Part shown: positions 46,807-52,667 of the stretch, piece after piece
Numbering within the stretch: the stretch's first letter is position 1
Layout of the letters: every line of letters begins with the position of its first letter
DNA from: a virus
Taxonomy: Duplodnaviria; Caudoviricetes
DNA: 52,667 nt
Reading direction: 5' to 3' (one strand)
Virus record (IMG/VR): IMGVR_UViG_3300008740_000012
Location: 1 to 52,667 of that record
Translations under genes and position numbers: made by a program
Notes under the pieces: generated by a model
What the model saw: only the letters and a program-made list of their open reading frames with translations
Told to the model about the DNA's origin: nothing
Database searches by the model: none

Positions 46807-47112
46807 ATGGTAATATCATTTAAAAAGTATTTGAACGAAAATTATGAGTTCATGCTACCAGATTATCCCACACAAGTTCCTCCAAAGGATGATCCAAGAG
46901 GTGATTGGATTACTGGTGATTCGCCAAAAGGTATCGACTTTCCTATTGATGGAAATGTAAAAGGAATAGAAAATACAAAAAACATTTTAAACAAAGCATC
47001 TTCTGTAATTGCCAAGGAAAGAGAATTGCAGAAAAAAGCAAAACCAGAAATTTTTCCTCTTGCACATAAAACATATAAAGTAATGGTGTCAAATAAAAAA
47101 ATAAAAGGGTGA
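46807..47112 (+). CDS. Hypothetical protein with capsid-targeting-like N-terminus
   Basis: MVISFKKYLNE start. Confidence 0.65.
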   Translation: MVISFKKYLNENYEFMLPDYPTQVPPKDDPRGDWITGDSPKGIDFPIDGNVKGIENTKNILNKASSVIAKERELQKKAKPEIFPLAHKTYKVMVSNKKIKG

Positions 47113-47224
47113 TAAATATGAAATATATAATTGGCGGTTGTATTATATCTTTAATGGTTTTAACTTGTTCCACACCAGCCAAAGCTTATAATGATGATAA
47201 CAAGATATCTTTTAAGGAGATGAA

Positions 47225-47593
47225 ATGGCAAAAAATATCGGAGATGTAGATGCAACTTATCCTCCAAAGCATGATTGGACTACAACACCAAATGATGCAT
47301 TCAATGAGCGAAGAGAGGAGCTAGACAGTCCTGCTTCATCGGCTTTTCCAATTACTCCAAGTCAAGGATTACTTCCGACAACTGTTCGTAGTTTATATAT
47401 TGGCGGGTCTGGAAATGTTTTCTGTCGCATGGCAGCAGGAAACACAATGTATCAACAAGCCAATGCGTTTTTCTATAATGTTGGTGCAGGAACAGTTCTT
47501 CCTATTCGTGTGGATGGGGTTTTTGATACGAATAGTACAGATGGTGATATTTCCCAGAACACCACTGCAACATTCATTGTAGGACTCTTTTAA
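47225..47593 (+). CDS. Head spike base protein (RcGTA Rcc01079-like)
   Basis: LDSPA..AF.ITPS...VRSLYIGGSGNV...GTVLPIRV..V...TTAT.IVGL pattern. AAGGAG RBS. Confidence 0.75.
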   Translation: MAKNIGDVDATYPPKHDWTTTPNDAFNERREELDSPASSAFPITPSQGLLPTTVRSLYIGGSGNVFCRMAAGNTMYQQANAFFYNVGAGTVLPIRVDGVFDTNSTDGDISQNTTATFIVGLF

Positions 47594-47612
47594 CACCTAA
47601 AGGAGTTCACAT

Positions 47613-48311
47613 ATGAAACTTTCATCAGGTTTGGGTCTTCCTTCTGTTGCACAATCATTTAATGCAAAGGGCGTGATGGGTCCATATATATGGGCACATA
47701 ATGCAGTTGGTGAAACGATAACTCTCGGTGGAGATAACCCACTCAAAAACCCGTCAAATATCACTCTAGGAAACGTTTCAACCGGAGTGTCCTTAAATCA
47801 GGGAAGTAGTGATGCAGTTTTTCGATTTTGGGAAGCAAATTCTTCAAAAACTTCTGGGCTATTAAATGAAGTTGATACCAACCGAGGAAGATATCTGCAC
47901 ATTGTCATAAGTTTTACTGGGCCAGGAACAGCACAGGGGACTGTTAAAAAAAATAATCATTTATGGTGGTATGCTGGATCAGGCGGGACTGATGATTACG
48001 GTCCATTGGATTCTTTTAATGGCGGGCTTGGTCATCAACCAGTTGCTTCAACGTCAAACGAAGTACATATGAATGGCTCAACAATTGTTCGTGGGCATAC
48101 TACTATTTTGGTTTATGATATGCAGGGTTCAACATTGGTGCCGGGAGCATCAACTACTGAAACATGGGGATCTAATGCCGACCCAATTATGCTCGAATTA
48201 TCTTTTAATAATGATTCTGCTGTAACCAGTATTTATCATGGAATGGTTCTTTCTGATAGAGTTCTTACACATATTCCTCTTCCAATAAGAACTGACATTG
48301 CTTTGGGATAA
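47613..48311 (+). CDS. Putative head fibre/spike protein
   Basis: Directly follows the spike base. MKLSSGLGL N-term resembles the LGLGL anchor of RcGTA Rcc01080. Beta-rich body. Confidence 0.55.
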   Translation: MKLSSGLGLPSVAQSFNAKGVMGPYIWAHNAVGETITLGGDNPLKNPSNITLGNVSTGVSLNQGSSDAVFRFWEANSSKTSGLLNEVDTNRGRYLHIVISFTGPGTAQGTVKKNNHLWWYAGSGGTDDYGPLDSFNGGLGHQPVASTSNEVHMNGSTIVRGHTTILVYDMQGSTLVPGASTTETWGSNADPIMLELSFNNDSAVTSIYHGMVLSDRVLTHIPLPIRTDIALG

Positions 48312-48317
48312 TTTTTT

Positions 48318-49514
48318 ATGTCTCTTTCGTTAATTCCTGTGACAACAAGAAGACCTAGAACTCCCTGGTACAGAACTGAAACACGAAAAAAAATAGTTCC
48401 TACTCCAACAAGATTTTCAATTACGCTTGATGTTCGTGACCATTCACTTTTATCTTCATCTGAAAATGGAACTATTGGAAGTCTTAATAATGATGGAAAA
48501 TATTATATAATTGATTTTCCTTCAAGTTGGGTTGACCATGAATCTGATCAATCTTCGGTTGGGCCTTTGGGTGATCCATTTTCATCTTTTAGAACTTCAA
48601 CATCTCCAGTACAAAATACAACAACTGGTTTATATTTTATGCCAGTCATTACGGCAAATTTAGACATTACAATTAATATTCCAAAAGGAGTAGTTCTTGG
48701 TTCTAATGTGACATTCTTTACTCTCAGAAATCCATGTTTAAACTTTGGGTTTTCAGGAAATTATTCTGGGGGAGATATAGTTGACCTTGATAATAAACCT
48801 TGGTTTACAACTTTTTCAAAAACTGCCTGTGCTGGTGCAATTATAACCATTAATAATACTGGAAATTGTCATGGTGGCGGCGGGGCTGGCGGAACGGGTT
48901 CTGGTGGTTTTGATGTGAAAACTGGATGGTTTGCCGGTGGCGGTGGGGGTGGTGGCGCAGGATTGACGGCTGGCGGCGGCGGCACGGTTTATAATAATGG
49001 TAATCCTGGGAGTGCTGGTTCTTTTCCACATACCGGAGGTTCTGGTGGTGCTCAAAAAGTAGGCATGACATCGGGTTCACAAGGCTCTACTGTACAACCT
49101 ACTGCTGGGCATCAAGGTGGTCCCGTATTTGTAAATTGGAATCCTGCTCGGTATAGAGAAGATTCAACTGTATTTGCAGATACTCCAGTGTTTATTATTA
49201 ATAATAATAATGATGGAGACAATACTAGCGGCTATCTTTATGGTGGCGGCGGTGGCGGCGGCGGCGGTGGTGGTGCCGGAGGAACAGGTGGAGGAAAAAC
49301 TTCAGGAACTGCGGTTGGAGGCCAAGCAGGGTCTAGTGGAGGTGCCGGAAGTGGAGGTGCTTCTGGAATATCTGGAGCATCAGGGGGTGTTGGTGGAAAA
49401 ATATTTGATAATGAACGTTTTGGTATTTCAAATGGAGGAACTTTTACCTTAAACAATTCTCATGATACAGGAAACAATCAAGTTACTGTTCAAGGAAGTG
49501 ATGGAACTTGGTAA
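48318..49514 (+). CDS. gp38-like glycine-rich adhesin
   Basis: ITINNTGNCHGGGGAGG, AGGGGGGGAG, GYLYGGGGGGGGGGG. Paralogous to the C-half of the 6614 ORF. Confidence 0.7.
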   Translation: MSLSLIPVTTRRPRTPWYRTETRKKIVPTPTRFSITLDVRDHSLLSSSENGTIGSLNNDGKYYIIDFPSSWVDHESDQSSVGPLGDPFSSFRTSTSPVQNTTTGLYFMPVITANLDITINIPKGVVLGSNVTFFTLRNPCLNFGFSGNYSGGDIVDLDNKPWFTTFSKTACAGAIITINNTGNCHGGGGAGGTGSGGFDVKTGWFAGGGGGGGAGLTAGGGGTVYNNGNPGSAGSFPHTGGSGGAQKVGMTSGSQGSTVQPTAGHQGGPVFVNWNPARYREDSTVFADTPVFIINNNNDGDNTSGYLYGGGGGGGGGGGAGGTGGGKTSGTAVGGQAGSSGGAGSGGASGISGASGGVGGKIFDNERFGISNGGTFTLNNSHDTGNNQVTVQGSDGTW

Positions 49515-49529
49515 ATAAAAGGAAATTAT

Positions 49530-49781
49530 ATGAGTATTTCAATTAAAATACACGATACTGATTTAGTAGCTCAAACCTGTGTTGTGACTATTAAAGATAA
49601 TGATGTGACTGTTATTGATAAAAAAAATATTGGATTACAGCTTGATGAGAATGGAGCTTTTGATACAAACTATATAATACAAGATGCCAAGTTAAGGATA
49701 AAAGATATCAGACTTGCAAATACTGAAAATGATGTTGTAGTGACAGGACATCCTTCACCAGTTTTGTTTACAGGAGAATAG
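49530..49781 (+). CDS. Small adhesin-associated protein (paralog of 10378..10602)
   Basis: DKKNIGLQLDENG motif, same position after the adhesin. Confidence 0.75.
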   Translation: MSISIKIHDTDLVAQTCVVTIKDNDVTVIDKKNIGLQLDENGAFDTNYIIQDAKLRIKDIRLANTENDVVVTGHPSPVLFTGE

Positions 49782-49789
49782 AAAATATT

Positions 49790-50248
49790 ATGTCAAGTGT
49801 CTATGTGACAAAAGACGAATATAGTCTGTACCTGACGAATATGTTAGAAGCAGGAGAACAAATTCAATATGATTGGTCATTGTCTAAATCATATACTATG
49901 GTTACTGCAAAGGGAAAGTCAAATCTTATTTTATCTTCTTCTAATATGCCTCATGTCTGTGTGGCAATTGGTCTGCATCGAATTCCTCCAGGCGAAAGTT
50001 TAACTGTGTCTGCAACAGAACAGACTATTTTTATTTGTCCATTTCTTTTGGACGATGATGTGTCAATGAATGAATTGTTTCCAACCACATCTACTTTAAC
50101 TTCATTGCGTGCTAGTTCTTCCTATTTAAATCCAACAACAGATAATGGTGTAGAAGACCATGTGGAATTGGATTATGGTTCATCGGGAAATACAGTATTT
50201 ACTTTGTCTGATTTAGATGCAGCAGTTCTTGGAGGGCTTTCATCATGA
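49790..50248 (+). CDS. Hypothetical protein (paralog of 50762..51205)
   Basis: NMLEAGEQIQYDWSL vs NMVDPGETINYDWSI; HRIPPGESL vs HRVQPNEQL. Confidence 0.7.
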   Translation: MSSVYVTKDEYSLYLTNMLEAGEQIQYDWSLSKSYTMVTAKGKSNLILSSSNMPHVCVAIGLHRIPPGESLTVSATEQTIFICPFLLDDDVSMNELFPTTSTLTSLRASSSYLNPTTDNGVEDHVELDYGSSGNTVFTLSDLDAAVLGGLSS

Positions 50249-50724
50249 GAAAGCTAAAAACAATTTCAACACAAGACCATTTAATTCATGTTATTGAGGT
50301 AACTTCGGGTAATACTGACCTTGCTTGTGGTTTATCTGAAAGTAAAGTGCAGCTAGATGAAATAATGACTGTTTTTTATGCAGAAGGTTCATTGAACCAT
50401 TTCACCAAAGAAAATCTTTCTGATAACTGGACACTACGAGGAAATACGAGTTCACCATTATGGGCATTTTCAAAGCCGGGGGATTGGTTTCGAGGCGCAG
50501 TATCTACAGAACCTATGGTGATGATTACATTTATTCCAAAAATAAATGATTATTCTTCACCAGAATTGAATTATTTGAATGATGTGGATGTTGAAAACAT
50601 AGACAGAGAATCTTATTTGGAACTTGGGACTGCCAATATGCAAAAACAAATGAACCCAAATACATATGAAGAACTCGATGATGTGCTCGATGATGAAGTG
50701 TCTGATGAAGTTGTTTTTGAATAA
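50245..50724 (+). CDS. Hypothetical protein
   Basis: 159 aa, ATGA overlap, GGAGG RBS. Confidence 0.7.
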   Translation: MRKLKTISTQDHLIHVIEVTSGNTDLACGLSESKVQLDEIMTVFYAEGSLNHFTKENLSDNWTLRGNTSSPLWAFSKPGDWFRGAVSTEPMVMITFIPKINDYSSPELNYLNDVDVENIDRESYLELGTANMQKQMNPNTYEELDDVLDDEVSDEVVFE

Positions 50725-50735
50725 GTGTGTAATTA

Positions 50736-50743
50736 TATAAATA
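50736..50743 (+). promoter_or_regulatory. Late promoter TATAAATA
   Basis: Exact consensus, intergenic. Confidence 0.75.
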
Positions 50744-50761
50744 AAGAGGGAAGAAGATAAT

Positions 50762-51205
50762 ATGGCATATGCGAGATTGGTATTTAATTCACAGACCTTG
50801 GCAATCATGAATATGGTTGACCCAGGAGAAACAATCAATTATGACTGGTCAATTGACGAAGACTATTCTATTGTTCTTCTTGAAGGCTCTGTGACAGTTA
50901 ACGGTAATGTTTTGGAAGGAGTGTGCGAACACCGAGTGCAGCCAAACGAACAGTTGTCCATGACAGGAACAGGAGATACAAGGAGCTATTGTATTTCTTT
51001 GTTTCGTGTAGATGATGATAATGTAATGGATCAAATTGTTTCTGAAACAGGCAAGACACGAATGCGTACATTTGAACCAACGTGGATTGATGATGGATGG
51101 CCATCCAATCCAGATACCACATGGAAAGATGATTTTACTTCTGGAAATTATACATATACCAAGACAATTGTAGAGACACAGATTGCAAACTCAGAATGGG
51201 ATTAA
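50762..51205 (+). CDS. Hypothetical protein, possible cupin-like beta-barrel
   Basis: IVLLEGSVTVNG strand pattern. Paralog of 49790. Confidence 0.6.
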   Translation: MAYARLVFNSQTLAIMNMVDPGETINYDWSIDEDYSIVLLEGSVTVNGNVLEGVCEHRVQPNEQLSMTGTGDTRSYCISLFRVDDDNVMDQIVSETGKTRMRTFEPTWIDDGWPSNPDTTWKDDFTSGNYTYTKTIVETQIANSEWD

Positions 51206-51211
51206 AAAGAA

Positions 51212-51490
51212 ATGAAAACATTTAAAGATTTGAGTGCAGAACTAGAAGAAAGAGATTACAAACGAGAATATGCAAATTATCATTCTCGCCCGGATCAGAT
51301 TGCCCGAAGATCTGCAAGAAATTCTGCGCGTAGAATTGTATCAAAGAAAGTAAAAGAAGAAGACCTTGAGGGGAAGGATGTTCATCATAAGGATAATGAC
51401 CCCTTGAATAATGACCACACCAACCTTTCTGTTGTAACACAGCATTACAATAGAAGAGAGCCACGGCTCAGAGAAAAGGAAGAAGACTAA
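51212..51490 (+). CDS. Small HNH endonuclease with capsid-targeting-like N-terminus
   Basis: RDYKREY, GKDVHHKDNDPLNN..TNL.V....NR. Starts MKTFKDLSAELEE. Confidence 0.82.
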   Translation: MKTFKDLSAELEERDYKREYANYHSRPDQIARRSARNSARRIVSKKVKEEDLEGKDVHHKDNDPLNNDHTNLSVVTQHYNRREPRLREKEED

Positions 51491-51491
51491 A

Positions 51492-52091
51492 ATGGCAGAA
51501 GATACATTAGATTTTCTAAAAGGGTTTCAACTAGATGATTATGACCTAGATTTAGGAATTACTTTTGTTGATGAAAATCCAGAAGCAACAATATCTACTG
51601 AAACTGTAGAAACTATTTCTTCACAAGTTGAAGGTATTGGCGATCTTGGTGTGAGGGTAGACCAAATTCAAAGCACGTTGTCTGGTATTAAAGCATTGCT
51701 TGATTTTGATGAATTAAATATAGAAGGTAAGTTAGATAAAATCTTGGAAAAGGTTGCCGAGGTTCCTGATACTGTTGTGTCGAGTGCAGGTGTTACAGGA
51801 GAACCCGCAAACATTGCACCAGAGACAGTAGATAAGATTGATAAGATTATTGAGATTATGGGAGATCCAGAAGCAAGGAAAGCAGAGATTGAAAGAAGGC
51901 TTCAGGAATCCATTGATAATCAAAAAGCTATCGTAAACGAAAAGCTATCGGATGTGGAAAAATTGATACTTCCATTGCTTGTCAATTTAATCAAACCAGA
52001 ATCATTGGAACAGAAGTACATATACTGGCCCAACAGAAAAGAGGTCATTGAAAGACAGATTAAAAAGATTATTCAGGTAACTCGGGAGTAG
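51492..52091 (+). CDS. Hypothetical coiled-coil protein
   Basis: C-term LILPLL.NL.K...YIYWPNR motif that I recall from marine T4-like phages. Confidence 0.7.
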   Translation: MAEDTLDFLKGFQLDDYDLDLGITFVDENPEATISTETVETISSQVEGIGDLGVRVDQIQSTLSGIKALLDFDELNIEGKLDKILEKVAEVPDTVVSSAGVTGEPANIAPETVDKIDKIIEIMGDPEARKAEIERRLQESIDNQKAIVNEKLSDVEKLILPLLVNLIKPESLEQKYIYWPNRKEVIERQIKKIIQVTRE

Positions 52092-52095
52092 TAGT

Positions 52096-52362
52096 ATGGA
52101 AAAAAGAAAAGTTGAATTTGAATTTGAACCGCTGAAAGCTTTGGCTGCCATTGCGACCATTGCATCCGTTGTAACTGCTGGATATTATGCTGCCAGTTGG
52201 TTTGATGATGCCGGGGAATCACATACCATTGTAGAACAATTGGCACAAGGACAACTTCAATTGCAAAAAGAAGAAGAACTCAGGCAAGAACTTTGGGGTG
52301 ATAATTACCGAAAGAAGATTACAAAAATACTCGATAAAGAAAACGAGACAAGGAGTGAATAA
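52096..52362 (+). CDS. Small protein with N-terminal transmembrane helix
   Basis: ALAAIATIASVVTAGYYAA hydrophobic segment. Confidence 0.6.
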   Translation: MEKRKVEFEFEPLKALAAIATIASVVTAGYYAASWFDDAGESHTIVEQLAQGQLQLQKEEELRQELWGDNYRKKITKILDKENETRSE

Positions 52363-52363
52363 A

Positions 52364-52531
52364 ATGGCAAAAAAACATCTACAAGAAATCTATGGTGAAG
52401 AAGAAGATAATGAAATAGAAGTAACAGATGAAGAGGTTGGTATTGCACTTAATGAAATCATTGCAGAGTTAAAGAAAAAGCATGGAAAAGATTGGTTCAA
52501 ACACATTGGAGAAAAGACGGAGCAGGAATAA
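52364..52531 (+). CDS. Small acidic hypothetical protein
   Basis: ATG 52364 after AAGGAG. Confidence 0.6.
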   Translation: MAKKHLQEIYGEEEDNEIEVTDEEVGIALNEIIAELKKKHGKDWFKHIGEKTEQE

Positions 52532-52667
52532 TGGCAACATTAGAAGATACCTTCAGACTTATGAAAGGCCAGGAGCCTGTCAATACTGATAGAATATCTG
52601 AATTTGATAATAGAGTCAATGAGACAAAGAAATCATTTATGAGAAATACCAGTGGTCTTCCAGCAGG
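52531..52667 (+). CDS. Hypothetical protein, 3'-truncated
   Basis: MATLEDTFRLMKGQEP..., open to the window end, TAATG overlap. Confidence 0.5.
   Translation, partial: MATLEDTFRLMKGQEPVNTDRISEFDNRVNETKKSFMRNTSGLPA

Noticed and set aside
47118-47249. 43-aa signal-peptide-like ORF MKYIIGGCIISLMVLTCS...
   Set aside because: Very short, overlaps the better-supported spike-base gene and has no other support. Left uncalled.
49242-49275. (GGC/GGT)n microsatellite; likewise (CAA)n in gp20 and (GAT/GAC)n at ~37800
   Set aside because: These are explained by poly-Gly, poly-Gln and poly-Asp coding.
51212-51490. HNH gene as a mobile homing element
   Set aside because: It is only 92 aa with no separate DNA-binding domain or intron context, and carries the CTS-like tag instead.
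215-51923. Numerous short overlapping or antisense ORFs in the six-frame track
   Set aside because: They are nested in well-supported genes and lack RBS or motifs, so they are treated as shadow ORFs.
1-52667. Alternative genetic code or stop-codon recoding
   Set aside because: Core genes are full length in the standard code and end in TAA, TAG (gp18, gp20, gp21, gp22) and TGA (gp16, gp17, gp3).

Overview
This 52.7-kb window is a segment of a T4-like myovirus genome, with a gene set and order resembling marine T4-like phages. 1-15.5 kb holds very large fibre/baseplate-type virion genes, the first truncated by the window edge. 15.5-29 kb is the canonical neck, packaging, tail and head block (gp13-14-15-16-17-18-19-20-core-21-22-23-3), driven by TATAAATA late promoters. 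29-34.5 kb holds uvsY, uvsW, gp55, gp47 and gp46 behind a sigma70-type promoter. The usual gp45/44/62 genes do not follow. Instead there is an ~18-kb accessory region containing: a PD-(D/E)XK nuclease overlapping a Mom-like DNA-modification gene; a ParB-like gene; an ~830-bp non-coding tract with 21-bp quasi-palindromic repeats; an iron/redox gene set (Tat-exported HiPIP, 2OG-Fe(II) oxygenase, IscA, ferritin-like di-iron enzyme); 6-7 unrelated ORFs sharing a T4 capsid-targeting-like N-terminus; a GTA-type head-spike base/fibre pair; and a second, diverged copy of a gp38-like adhesin cassette. All assignments come from motif recognition by eye, and no database searches were run.
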